From: Candidatus Syntropharchaeum sp.
GTDB taxonomy: Archaea; Halobacteriota; Syntropharchaeia; Syntropharchaeales; Syntropharchaeaceae
Reading direction: 5' to 3'
DNA length: 64,000 nucleotides
Assembly (NCBI GenBank): GCA_026134025.1
Contig: JAOQII010000005.1
Location: 594-64,593 of the forward strand
Part shown: positions 9,225 through 18,597 of the stretch, one piece after another
Layout of the letters: every line of letters begins with the position of its first letter
Numbering within the stretch: the first letter of the stretch is position 1
The notes under the pieces: generated by a model
The model's database searches: none
Seen by the model: only the letters and a program-made list of their open reading frames with translations
What the model was told of the DNA's origin: nothing
Translations under genes and position numbers: made by a program

Positions 9225-10388
9225 TCAGAATAACGGCTTTATATCATCATGCCAGAGCGACTCGTGCTTCTCTTCTTTTGTCTCATCAAACTCCTGGATG
9301 TTCTTCTGCGCCTCTGTAGCCATCTCCTGAAGCTCTCTTATCCTTGGAACGTCTGTGACGCCTGAGAAGACGGTGACTGCTGCGATGTAGTTACTCCTGG
9401 CGACAGGGTAGTCGCCACCACGTACCTCAGTCCCGCGTATCATCTCCTCAACCCAGAGCTTCGCCTTCTCGATACCTTTTCTACTAAGCGCCTCAGTAGG
9501 TCCTGCGATTACAAGCAAACCCCGCTCAGCGCTTGCAATATCACATGGGAGTGTGAGCCTTCCCATAACGGCCCTTCTTGTCAGTGACGTGATCTTCGTC
9601 GTCGTGTCGAGCGCCTCGAGCGAGCTCTTCTCTTTCTTCTTGAGCCGCTTTAACAAGCCTCCACCACTTTTGTTCGCCTTTCCTACTTCCTCGACAGCAT
9701 AACCAACGGTCGAGATTCCGCCACCTCTCAGTGTATTAATGATCTCTGCAGCATCCACAACGACCTGCCCGATTTCTTCAGACTCGCCGGCCCCAAACAG
9801 TATCCCGAACCTTCTCACAATCTCATTATTCATGAAACCATAGGCATCTTCGAGGGTAGATCCTTCCTTCTTCCATGGCTCATTATCGAAGATAAATAAG
9901 TTGTCAACTTCCTTAACAAAGGTCATCAGGCTCCTTGCAGCATTCAGTGAATAAAGTCCCCCCTCATCTTTTGCCGGCAGGATGCCAAGACCATAGACCG
10001 GCTCAGCATACACCTTCTTCAATCGACGTGCAATGACCGGTGCTCCTCCTGATCCTGTCCCCCCACCAAGACCTGCGATAATTAAAAATGCATCAACTTC
10101 GTGTGTCCCCCTTCGATCTATAGCGCTCTGGATCGAGTATATATCCTCTGCTGCGATCCTTGCACCCATCTCGTTGTCTGCTCCAACACCATGCCCTTTG
10201 ACGATGGACTCGCCGATGAGTATACGATCCTCCATCGGTATATTATTCAATCCGAGAAGGTCTGATTTAGCGCTATTGATAGCGACCGCGCGAACAATGC
10301 AATTGTGACGAGATTTCCTGTCATACTCCAGAAAGAGATCGGCTATCTTCCCTCCGCCCTGTCCGTAACCGATTAAAAATATCTTCAC
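9225..10388 (-). CDS. cetZ: tubulin/FtsZ-superfamily GTPase, CetZ-like
   Basis: GQGGGKIA N-terminal G-box and the tubulin-type GGGTGSG signature (not FtsZ GGGTGTG). 387 aa. Confidence 0.7.
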   Translation of the reverse strand: MKIFLIGYGQGGGKIADLFLEYDRKSRHNCIVRAVAINSAKSDLLGLNNIPMEDRILIGESIVKGHGVGADNEMGARIAAEDIYSIQSAIDRRGTHEVDAFLIIAGLGGGTGSGGAPVIARRLKKVYAEPVYGLGILPAKDEGGLYSLNAARSLMTFVKEVDNLFIFDNEPWKKEGSTLEDAYGFMNNEIVRRFGILFGAGESEEIGQVVVDAAEIINTLRGGGISTVGYAVEEVGKANKSGGGLLKRLKKKEKSSLEALDTTTKITSLTRRAVMGRLTLPCDIASAERGLLVIAGPTEALSRKGIEKAKLWVEEMIRGTEVRGGDYPVARSNYIAAVTVFSGVTDVPRIRELQEMATEAQKNIQEFDETKEEKHESLWHDDIKPLF

Positions 10389-10469
10389 ACGACATCTCTC
10401 CTATGATCAAAGATCTTCTTCACCCTCTTTAAAAGCTTAGGCATAAGAAGTATATAAAACTTCTTTATG

Positions 10470-10795
10470 ACGCTGTTCGAGTGAGGATGGTAAGCCCCCT
10501 TCTGTTTTAAGCGGCATTCATCTATGCACCCTACTTGGGTATCAGCTGGATTCTTCATCTACCCAGATTGGCTTGCACCCACGAGGATTCGCCGTTTCAT
10601 CAGCATCTGCCAGACCTCAGCATTCCTGCATCATCGCATTTAGACAGTGCTGTCTCCGTTTCTGTGCCAGAGCCAGGACTCTCGCCCTACACCTTCTGGT
10701 GTTCGTGTATCCAGGTGGTGGGGGGACTTTCCTCAGCCAGCTCAAAAGACCTGAGCCTACCGACAGCCGCTCATCCTCTCTCAAAGATACCTCTG
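10470..10795 (-). ncRNA. rnpB: RNase P RNA (archaeal type A)
   Basis: The minus-strand transcript contains GAGGAAAGUCCCCCC (CR-I, P4 5' strand). It also contains ACAGAAGGGGGCUUACC (CR-V, P4 3' strand complementary to the former). P1 pairs GAGGAUG near 10778 with CAUCCUC near 10483. A TTAAATAT TATA-like box lies upstream at about 10825. Only short antisense ORFs cover the region. Confidence 0.65.
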
Positions 10796-10882
10796 CAGGG
10801 AGTGGTATAAGTATTTCCATCGCAAAAGATATTTAATACAGTCCGAAAGAAGAGGATTGGAGGCGATCCTTTGAGTCGTAGA

Positions 10883-12610
10883 ATGACAGGTTCTGAGGCG
10901 ATCCTGAAAGGTCTTGAAGTCGAGGGTGTCGAGGTTGTATTCGGCTACCCTGGTGGCGCGGTTCTACCGTTGTATGATGCGATATATGATTCTAATCTGC
11001 GCCACGTCCTTGTACGTCATGAGCAAGGGGCAGCCCATGCCGCAGATGGATATGCAAGGGTAACAGGACGCGTGGGGGTCTGCATAGCAACATCAGGACC
11101 AGGAGCTACGAACCTCGTAACAGGGATAGCCAACGCATACATGGATTCTATACCCGTCGTTGCGATAACAGGACAGGTACCAACGACCGCGATCGGTAAT
11201 GACGCATTCCAGGAGATCAATATCACAGGTATCACCCTTCCAATCACGAAACATTCGTATCTGATCAAGCAGGCAGAGGAGATTCCACACGTCATAAGAG
11301 AGGCGTTTTACATCGCATCCACAGGCAGAAAGGGACCTGTGCTGATAGACCTGCCAAAAGATGTCCAGGTAGAAGCGTTTGATCTGGATGAGCGTGATTT
11401 TACACGGCCTGTGAAACTGCGTGGATATAAACCCACGGTAAAAGGACACGCCCTCCAGATTAAAAAAGCTGCAACACTCATCGAAGGGGCGAAGAAGCCG
11501 GTCATATATGCAGGAGGAGGAGTTATCGCATCCGGTGCTTCAAAAGAGCTTATAGAGCTTGCAGAGCTTATAGGAGCGCCTGTTACAACAACACTCATGG
11601 GAATAGGCGCATTTCCTATAAATCACCTCTTATCGCTGGGCATGGTAGGGATGCACGGTACAAAGTATGCGAACTATGCGATCTGTGATGCTGATCTCAT
11701 TCTTGCCGTGGGCGTGAGGTTCGATGATCGCGTCGCGACAGATCCTTCACAGTTTGCAAAAGATGCAAAGGTCATACATATCGATATCGATCCTGCTGAG
11801 ATCGGAAAGGTCATAATCCCTGATGTTCCAATCGTGGGCGATGCGAAGAATATCTTGAGGGCATTGATCGACCGGTTGATCGATTCCAGATTTGATTACA
11901 GTGAATGGTTTAACGTCGTCAGGGGATGGAAAGAGGCATACCCTCTCAGATATAACCCTGAGGATGGGCTTAAGCCGCAGTATATAATCGAGAAAATCAA
12001 TGAACTTGCCCCTGATGCGATCATCACCACAGAGGTCGGGCAGAACCAGATGTGGGCTGCACAGTACTTCAAATACAGCGAACCCCGAACCTTTATCACG
12101 TCAGGCGGGCTCGGGACGATGGGGTATGGACTGCCTGCTGCAATCGGCGCAAAAGTCGGCGCACCGGATCGAACGGTGATTGATATTTCAGGTGATGGTA
12201 GTTTCATGATGAAGTGTCAGGAGATCGCAACCGCTGTCGAGGGAAATATCCCGATCAAAGTGATGATCCTGAACAACCAGTACCTTGGTATGGTGCGCCA
12301 GTGGCAGGAGTTATTCTACGATAGGCGATACTCGTTCACCGATATTCACTCAAGGACTGACTTTGTCAAGCTTGCAGAGGCGTTCGGTGCCGTGGGTATG
12401 CGGGTTACGAAACTAAAGGAGGTTGTTCCAGCCTTAAAGCGCGCCTTTGAGATCGATGAGGTTGTTGTCATCGACTTCAGGATAGAACGAGAAGAGAACG
12501 TCTATCCGATGGTTCAGGCTGGTGCGCCGCTTGATGAGATCATCGAGCCTAAAACAGTCCCTGAGAATGTTTTTCCCACCTGTGAAAAAGAGGCACTGGA
12601 GGTTGAGTGA
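10883..12610 (+). CDS. ilvB: acetolactate synthase large (catalytic) subunit
   Basis: TPP-enzyme motifs ([20 protein letters not shown]...) at the IlvB size. The ATG at 10883 is preferred over the tracked TTG at 10871. Confidence 0.9.
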   Translation: MTGSEAILKGLEVEGVEVVFGYPGGAVLPLYDAIYDSNLRHVLVRHEQGAAHAADGYARVTGRVGVCIATSGPGATNLVTGIANAYMDSIPVVAITGQVPTTAIGNDAFQEINITGITLPITKHSYLIKQAEEIPHVIREAFYIASTGRKGPVLIDLPKDVQVEAFDLDERDFTRPVKLRGYKPTVKGHALQIKKAATLIEGAKKPVIYAGGGVIASGASKELIELAELIGAPVTTTLMGIGAFPINHLLSLGMVGMHGTKYANYAICDADLILAVGVRFDDRVATDPSQFAKDAKVIHIDIDPAEIGKVIIPDVPIVGDAKNILRALIDRLIDSRFDYSEWFNVVRGWKEAYPLRYNPEDGLKPQYIIEKINELAPDAIITTEVGQNQMWAAQYFKYSEPRTFITSGGLGTMGYGLPAAIGAKVGAPDRTVIDISGDGSFMMKCQEIATAVEGNIPIKVMILNNQYLGMVRQWQELFYDRRYSFTDIHSRTDFVKLAEAFGAVGMRVTKLKEVVPALKRAFEIDEVVVIDFRIEREENVYPMVQAGAPLDEIIEPKTVPENVFPTCEKEALEVE

Positions 12611-12611
12611 T

Positions 12612-13112
12612 ATGGTGAAGCATACACTTACCGTCCTTGTTGAGAATAAAGCTGGTGTCGCGGCAAGGGTGACAGGACTATTCACAAGGCGCGGATTTAA
12701 TATCGACAGTATAAATGCGGCGATAACCGACAAACCAGACATTTCAAGACTTACAATCGTGATCACAAGCGAGAAGGAAGGGGGAGAAAGACAACTTGAG
12801 CAGATAACAAAGCAACTCAACAAGCTGATCGATGTTATAAAGATCAGCGATATCACGGCTTACGACTCGATTGAGCGAGAACTTGTGCTCATCAAGGTCG
12901 ATGCAACACCTGAGCAGAGAACCGAGATTTTACAGATCGTTGAGATCTTCAGGGCACGGATCGTTGATCTTGCAGCAGGTTCAATGATCATCGAGGTCAC
13001 GGGTGCCGAAGATAAGATTGCGGCGATCCTGACGATGCTTGCGGATTTCGGTATAAAAGAGGTTGCACGCACAGGGAAGGTCGCAATGATAAGGGGTGCG
13101 AAGACGTTGTAG
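12612..13112 (+). CDS. ilvN: acetolactate synthase small (regulatory) subunit
   Basis: MVKHTLTVLVENKAGVAARVTGLFTRRGFNI is an ACT domain, and the gene follows ilvB. Start set at the ATG at 12612 inside the longer tracked ORF. Confidence 0.85.
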   Translation: MVKHTLTVLVENKAGVAARVTGLFTRRGFNIDSINAAITDKPDISRLTIVITSEKEGGERQLEQITKQLNKLIDVIKISDITAYDSIERELVLIKVDATPEQRTEILQIVEIFRARIVDLAAGSMIIEVTGAEDKIAAILTMLADFGIKEVARTGKVAMIRGAKTL

Positions 13113-13210
13113 GTTTAATGGGTGCTGATTGACGATGAACTGGTACTTAAGAGCCTTTCGATGTACCTACAAGTTTATATATCGGGTCGGTAAATGAATA
13201 TCAATGATCT

Positions 13211-13295
13211 GCGGGGGTTGCCAAGCCAGGTCAAAGGCGCAGGGTTGAGGGCCCTGTCTCGTAGGAGTTCGCGAGTTCGAATCTCGTCCCCCGCA
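13211..13295 (+). tRNA. tRNA-Leu (anticodon GAG), class II with long variable arm; no encoded CCA
   Basis: Acceptor stem GCGGGGG/CCCCCGC, anticodon stem CAGGG/CCCTG with loop TTGAGGG, long variable arm, T-arm GCGAG-TTCGAAT-CTCGT, discriminator A. Confidence 0.8.
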
Positions 13296-13329
13296 TAAAT
13301 TTACCAGTAAAACTTTATATACCATCCAC

Positions 13330-14410
13330 TCCCATATAGGGGTGGTGAATTAATTGTCAGGTGATAAATCCAAGTGTGTTATCTGAAATTTTTTTCGCCT
13401 CATATCTGCTCCTCCAATAAACTTTCCATCATCAAAACAAAGTTACCAAAGATGATATCATCGCATTTCCTGTAGAAAGCCTGCTCTGGAGTCTCAAGCT
13501 CATCAAAATTGAGGCTCATATGTGGCCTTATCCTGTTATACCAGTCAACAAACTCTTGAATGCTATCAAAATCATTCCTGTGTCTGTTATAGGTATCAAA
13601 CCACTTCTCCATTTTTCCATTGCTCTGTGGATGATTGTACTTACACAGTATCTGCTTTATTCCCCTCTGTTTGCAATATTCCTCGAATGAGTGTTTTGCC
13701 TCTCCTTTCTTATCTCTCCTGTTGGCATAGAATTGTGAACCATGATCAGTAATTACTTCTCTGATGGGAGCTATGTGCAGGTATTTCCTGTATGCTTCAT
13801 CCAACAGCTTGATTGAGTTCTCAGCGGTGGCATTATCAAATTCACCTGCAGCAGGTATCATTCTGGAGGCATCATCCAGAACAGCACAAACCCATCTTCC
13901 ATATTTTTCGTTAAAGAACCAGTCCATATGCACCGCGCTGAGACTGTGTGATCTCTCATATCTGACCCACTTCTTCCTTCCCTTCTTTCCTGGTTCCTCC
14001 TTTGCCATATTCTCCTCCAGTAATATAGCGTGGATACGATTATTATCTGCTCTTATCTTCCTTCTTTTGCGAAGGTACTTTCCTATTACTGTTGCACCCC
14101 CTCCGATCTTCTTCTTTGCTGAAATTACCTCTTTTCTGAGTTTATCGTTTGGTTTGGGTTTTGGACCTGGTTTTCCCGGTGAAGGTATCTTACCAGTTTC
14201 TCTGTATTCTTTTGCAATTTGCTGAACTCTTCTCCTGCTGATGTTGAATTGATCAGCAACCAATTGGGTGTTCATTCCATAGTTTATTACACGAAGGGCG
14301 ATGCGCCGATAGTCATCCCTGGTAAGCTTCATGTGATGCTCTCTGAGCGGGGCACTTAAACCTTGACGAAATTTATTGCAGATAATACAGATGTCTAAGT
14401 TCAGTGGGAT
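13330..14410. mobile_element. insertion sequence (single rve/DDE transposase gene) inserted just 3' of tRNA-Leu
   Basis: An AT-rich block is bounded by imperfect inverted repeats (TGTTATCTGAAATTT near 13380 versus the reverse complement TATTATCTGCAATAAATTT near 14375). It encloses the transposase ORF. Boundaries are approximate. Confidence 0.5.
13400..14332 (-). CDS. DDE transposase with integrase-core (rve) domain, IS481/IS3-like
   Basis: N-terminal HTH, then HMDWFF...ITDHGSQF...YNHPQSNGKMEKW integrase catalytic core with a DDE arrangement. 310 aa. Confidence 0.8.
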   Translation of the reverse strand: MKLTRDDYRRIALRVINYGMNTQLVADQFNISRRRVQQIAKEYRETGKIPSPGKPGPKPKPNDKLRKEVISAKKKIGGGATVIGKYLRKRRKIRADNNRIHAILLEENMAKEEPGKKGRKKWVRYERSHSLSAVHMDWFFNEKYGRWVCAVLDDASRMIPAAGEFDNATAENSIKLLDEAYRKYLHIAPIREVITDHGSQFYANRRDKKGEAKHSFEEYCKQRGIKQILCKYNHPQSNGKMEKWFDTYNRHRNDFDSIQEFVDWYNRIRPHMSLNFDELETPEQAFYRKCDDIIFGNFVLMMESLLEEQI

Positions 14411-14456
14411 AGAGAAATAGAGTAGTAATTAAGAGAATGATTTTATATGGTCGAAA

Positions 14457-14825
14457 GTGGAAGATAATTTCAACAACAAAAACATCACACGAGACTTAAC
14501 CATGCACCTCAGGAAAATCGCCCAGGAATTTGCAGATCAGGCCAAGCGTAAGTACCCTGATAAGATAGAGAAGACCATCCTGTTCGGGTCTGTTGCGCGA
14601 GATGAGATGACGCCAGAGTCAGATATTGATCTTCTGGTGATCTGCACCTCTACCGGTGGCGATCGATTCAAAGTTAGGAGGATGATCATGGATGATGTCG
14701 TATCGTTTCTATTAAAATACGGCGTATATATCTCAGTTAAAACATTGAGTGAAGAAGAATCGATAGAACTGAAAGATACCGGGTTTTTGCGGCAGATAAA
14801 TACGGAAGGTGTTGCCCTTGCATGA
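14457..14825 (+). CDS. minimal nucleotidyltransferase (MNT family, toxin-antitoxin type)
   Basis: GSVARDEMTPESDIDLLVI is the Pol-beta-type NTase GS-x-D-x-D motif. 122 aa. Confidence 0.75.
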   Translation: MEDNFNNKNITRDLTMHLRKIAQEFADQAKRKYPDKIEKTILFGSVARDEMTPESDIDLLVICTSTGGDRFKVRRMIMDDVVSFLLKYGVYISVKTLSEEESIELKDTGFLRQINTEGVALA

Positions 14826-15119
14826 ATCGGAAGCCTTGCTTGAAAGGAGCTTTGAGAATTCTTTGCTGCAAGAGCATTACTGGCTCTTAAAAAGATATAT
14901 CCAAAGACACATAGAGGTACAACAACACAAATAGGTTTAGAATTTGTAAATAAAGGGTATCTGGATATGGTATATGCGAAAGCGCTTGCAACTGCACAGG
15001 AAGATAGAGAAGACGCTGAAAAAGCGTTTATTGAAAAAGCTAAGGATGTGTTTAAGCGATTGGAGCGTGAGATTGAGGCAAGAGATAAGGAGATAAGAAT
15101 TGTGGAGGGATCAAAGTGA
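14823..15119 (+). pseudogene. possible decayed HEPN-like partner of the MNT gene, split across two reading frames
   Basis: One frame gives VLPLHESEALLERSFENSLLQEHYWLLKRYIQRHIEVQQHK and stops at 14932; it contains an R-x4-H motif. A second frame is open from 14856 to the stop at 15117 (...IGLEFVNKGYLDMVYAKALATAQEDREDAEKAFIEKAKDVFKRLEREIE...). Neither frame forms a full-length ORF. Confidence 0.25.
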
Positions 15120-15679
15120 AGATACTATTTGTGAACAACTTCGATTCATTTGTCTGGAATCTGGTTGAATATGTCTCAATCTTTGAGAAGGATACAATCG
15201 TCCATCCGAATACGATAACACTCGATAAAGTTAGACAGATCAACCCAGACAAGATCGTGATCTCCCCAGGTCCAGGAAATCCACATAAACCGCGGGATGT
15301 TGGTTCATCGCTTGATATAATCCGTGAGTTTAAGGAGATCCCGATACTTGGTGTCTGTATGGGGCACCAGGCGATCGCGGTTGCATGGGGCGGCAAGGTC
15401 GCACACGCACCCACGGGTCCTGTTCATGGTAAGACCTCATTCGTGGAGCATGATGGTAAAACGATCTTTAAAGGTATCTCAAACCCACTTGAGGCTGGGA
15501 GATACCACTCTCTCATTGTGAGTGAACTTCCAGATTGCTTTGAGGTTTCTGCAAGCTTTGAGGGAATGATTATGGGGATCAGGCACAGAGATTATCCGAC
15601 AGAGGGCATCCAGTTCCACCCAGAAAGTATTTTAACAGGAGAAGGCCTGAAGATCATTGAGAACTTTCTAAGAGAATAA
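15116..15679 (+). CDS. glutamine amidotransferase component of anthranilate/aminodeoxychorismate synthase (TrpG/PabA family)
   Basis: GVCMGHQ catalytic Cys and HPES His motif of class I GATase. GTG start with a GGAGGGA Shine-Dalgarno sequence. No trpE or pabB in the window. Confidence 0.75.
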   Translation: MKILFVNNFDSFVWNLVEYVSIFEKDTIVHPNTITLDKVRQINPDKIVISPGPGNPHKPRDVGSSLDIIREFKEIPILGVCMGHQAIAVAWGGKVAHAPTGPVHGKTSFVEHDGKTIFKGISNPLEAGRYHSLIVSELPDCFEVSASFEGMIMGIRHRDYPTEGIQFHPESILTGEGLKIIENFLRE

Positions 15680-16400
15680 CGTTCCCTCTTCCACGTTTTA
15701 CCCTGGTCACAATACCCCGATTCTCAAGATCAGTTATCATAAGGCTTATCTTGGATTCAGAGTGCGGTAAAAGTTTTCGTAACTCTTTCTGAGTCATCCT
15801 GCCATCATGTTTCTTCAGGATCTCGACGATCTCAAGAAGATCATCTGGAAGAGGTCTCAGGTCCCCTTCCTCTGACTTTATCATCGCTTCAGTGGTATCT
15901 TCTATCTTCTTTGATCTTGCAAAAAGCAGATACCACCCTGTAATTGTAATGATAACGATAAAGGCGATTACCGCAGGAACCATGAGCCATGATGGATTCC
16001 TCTGACTTTCATCCTCGATCAGGACATCATCGAAATCGCTTAAATCTGGCTCATCAAAGAGGAACTCATCCTCGATAGCGGGTAGCATGATCAGGTCGAG
16101 TGTATAATCACCGCCACCTGCAACTGTTATGTTCTCTTCGGTGTAGTACTCAAGCAGGTTATTTTCATAGTGTTTCGCAGTGAGGTGGTATGACCCTTCT
16201 GGTACATTGAGGCGGTAGTTCCCGTCTTTTGATACATAGGTCTGTGGAGGGGTTGTATTTATCTCTATTATTGTATCGGGGAGAGGTTCGAGTGTTAGAT
16301 AGTCGTAAGCTACCCCACCAATCGTGCAGGTTGTATCAGCATGTGAGAGGGGTGTGATCAGTGTGAAGATCAGGATCAAAAGGAGTAGCACCCTCATCAA
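15654..16400 (-). CDS. membrane-anchored winged-HTH protein (signal peptide, extracellular beta domain, TM, cytoplasmic wHTH)
   Basis: N-terminal MMRVLLLLILIFTLITPLSHA, TM helix VPAVIAFIVIITITGWYLLF, and C-terminal MTQKELRKLLPHSESKISLMITDLENRGIVTRVKRGRGN that is MarR/TrmB-like. Confidence 0.55.
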   Translation of the reverse strand: MMRVLLLLILIFTLITPLSHADTTCTIGGVAYDYLTLEPLPDTIIEINTTPPQTYVSKDGNYRLNVPEGSYHLTAKHYENNLLEYYTEENITVAGGGDYTLDLIMLPAIEDEFLFDEPDLSDFDDVLIEDESQRNPSWLMVPAVIAFIVIITITGWYLLFARSKKIEDTTEAMIKSEEGDLRPLPDDLLEIVEILKKHDGRMTQKELRKLLPHSESKISLMITDLENRGIVTRVKRGRGNVILLESSQ

Positions 16401-16442
16401 TTATATAAAGGGAGGAGGGGTTAAATATATTTCGAGGTCGGG

Positions 16443-16955
16443 TCAGAGCTTAAAGAGGAGCCTGATATTTCCAATCAGACCAATCCTGTAATATGCAACG
16501 CCGATTACCCACTCAGGCTTTACAGGAGATGAGAGTCCTGGCTGGTCATAACCGATGTTATGATCTCCCTTTGTAATATAGCCTTCATGTGGTGCCTTCC
16601 CATCATTTGGCATGGTCTCACCATCATCAACCCATTCCATTGCTCTGTGAATTATTGGGGTTGTATCAGCATTTCCATTTGGCATATAGACGATTACATC
16701 GCCATATCCATCAAACTGGCTGTAATTTGTAAGTATTGCATCTTCATGCGGCACAATACCCATTCTCTCAGGGCTTTTTATAAAAACGATGTCTCCCTTA
16801 TGGATGTTGGGTTCCATGCTCCCTGATTCGACGGCAACAGCAACGGGCCACGTCCCTGCAAATCCGTATGCAACTGCTGCCACGATCCCGACGACCACCA
16901 GTGCAAAAGCGAGGTCTTTTGCAAGATCTACCAGAGCTTCACGTGCTGACATCAA
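16443..16955 (-). CDS. signal peptidase I, archaeal Sec11/S26 type
   Basis: N-terminal TM followed by the SGSMEP catalytic serine motif. Confidence 0.8.
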   Translation of the reverse strand: MMSAREALVDLAKDLAFALVVVGIVAAVAYGFAGTWPVAVAVESGSMEPNIHKGDIVFIKSPERMGIVPHEDAILTNYSQFDGYGDVIVYMPNGNADTTPIIHRAMEWVDDGETMPNDGKAPHEGYITKGDHNIGYDQPGLSSPVKPEWVIGVAYYRIGLIGNIRLLFKL

Positions 16956-17152
16956 AGATATAAACGGCTTCCATGTATAAAAACGTTCTATGTATCCGCA
17001 ACCATCAACAAAACTCTATTCTTGTTGGCTGGGTTGTTTACCTGAGATTTCACCGGCGGGGCATCGTGCTCTACAAAGAGTGGAAGAAGATTACAGAAGC
17101 CTTCTTGAAAACGCGGAAGATGGAATCTTCACGATAGACCGGCGAGGTCTCT

Positions 17153-17983
17153 TTACAAGACCTCTATTACATCCCCTGCGTTGTTCAAGAAAAATCGATC
17201 TGTAAACGCCTCTGAAAGTTTCTTCGCTCCTTTGGATCCCGTACAGTGCGATACTCCAATCCTCTCAATCTTTGAACCTTTAAGATACTTTACGGTCTCA
17301 TCTATCTGGCGATCATCTGCAAAACCGAGGTGCGTGCCTCCAATCACAGTATAGATCCGATCATCCCCTGAAAGCTCGATCAGTTGCTTTATCGTGTTGA
17401 CCATCCCTGAATGTGCACACCCCAAAACGACAAAAAGCCCGTTTGAGGTCTTAATCGCAAGTGCCTGATCATCGAGAACTAAATCTGGCTCAAGTTCCCC
17501 CCCTGTATCAACAAAAAGTGCAGGGTCGACACTCTCAAATGGCGTTTGGCGCTTAACCTCCCCTGATAGTATGAAGCAATCGAAGAAACAGGGATTGCGG
17601 CTTAATTTAAAACGTGCACCAAGTTCTTCAAGCTCACTTCGTTCAAATGGGATACCGATATACCTCCTTTTATCTTCTCTCACTGCATACTTCTTCTGGA
17701 AGATATCAGGATGTGCATAGACATCGATTGAACCTGTTCGCATCAGAACTTCCTTCAAACCGCCTGTGTGATCGTAGTGGCCATGGCTCAGTATGATCAT
17801 ATCCAGATCATCGAGACGTACATGCATCGTGTCTGCATTTTTAACACATGACGTGGACTGCCCTGTATCGAACAAAATCTTTTTGCCATCCTGCTCTATA
17901 AGAACAGAAAGCCCGTATTCTCCGACCAGATCTGCCCTCCCTGCTGTATTCTCACTCAAGGTTGTGATCTTTAGTTTCATCAC
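17153..17983 (-). CDS. metallo-beta-lactamase-fold hydrolase
   Basis: LSHGHYDHTGGL is the HxHxDH Zn motif. Confidence 0.7.
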   Translation of the reverse strand: MMKLKITTLSENTAGRADLVGEYGLSVLIEQDGKKILFDTGQSTSCVKNADTMHVRLDDLDMIILSHGHYDHTGGLKEVLMRTGSIDVYAHPDIFQKKYAVREDKRRYIGIPFERSELEELGARFKLSRNPCFFDCFILSGEVKRQTPFESVDPALFVDTGGELEPDLVLDDQALAIKTSNGLFVVLGCAHSGMVNTIKQLIELSGDDRIYTVIGGTHLGFADDRQIDETVKYLKGSKIERIGVSHCTGSKGAKKLSEAFTDRFFLNNAGDVIEVL

Positions 17984-18018
17984 GTCTTTTTATAATCTTA
18001 TCATACATATCACTATCT

Positions 18019-18597
18019 ATGATTGCACGCATCAGGGGCATGATCGAGGATATTGAGGATGCATCGGTTGTTGTTGATGTTGGAGGGGTTGGCTACCGTG
18101 TTTTTGTCCCGGGTAACATCATCGAGTCTTTGAGTGGTCTTGAAGGTGAGGTCAAACTTCTCACGCATCTTCAGGTAAAGGATGATGAGATGATTCTTTA
18201 CGGATTTTTAAGCCGTGATGAGCTTGAGATCTTTCAGGCGCTTCTCGGGGTATCAGGGGTTGGAGCAAAGATCGCACTTGGTATTCTCTCATCTCTCAAG
18301 CCTGACGAACTTCGGTCAGCGGTTGTTGGAGGCGATATCGAGAAGCTCACATCGATCAAAGGGCTTGGGAAAAAGACTGCGTCCAGGATCATTCTTGAGC
18401 TTGGTGAGAGGCTTGTTATGCGTGTCACCCTTCCAAAAGTTTTTGAGGATGCGATTGAAGGGCTTATTGCGCTTGGATATGGGAGAGGGGACTCAGAAAA
18501 GGTGGTTAAGAAAATTCTTGATGAGAGGGGTGTGAACATCACAGTGGAAGATATTATAAAAGATGGATTGAGAATTTTAACATCTAAAAGCCGATGA
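18019..18597 (+). CDS. ruvA: Holliday-junction DNA helicase subunit RuvA (bacterial-type)
   Basis: Full-length collinear match to RuvA: MIARIRG...VGGVGYRVFVP (domain I), two HhH motifs (GVSGVGAKIALGIL, IKGLGKKTASRII) and domain III (EGLIALGYGRGDSEKVVKKI). Confidence 0.75.
   Translation: MIARIRGMIEDIEDASVVVDVGGVGYRVFVPGNIIESLSGLEGEVKLLTHLQVKDDEMILYGFLSRDELEIFQALLGVSGVGAKIALGILSSLKPDELRSAVVGGDIEKLTSIKGLGKKTASRIILELGERLVMRVTLPKVFEDAIEGLIALGYGRGDSEKVVKKILDERGVNITVEDIIKDGLRILTSKSR

Noticed and set aside
10535-10836. Three overlapping ORFs (two on plus, one on minus)
   Set aside because: The region is fully explained by the RNase P RNA. The ORFs mutually overlap and have no protein similarity.
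13522-14225. Plus-strand ORFs inside the IS
   Set aside because: Antisense to the intact transposase gene, with no similarity.
16990-17205. 71-aa ORF between signal peptidase and the MBL gene
   Set aside because: Overlaps the 3' end of the MBL hydrolase gene on the opposite strand. No similarity.
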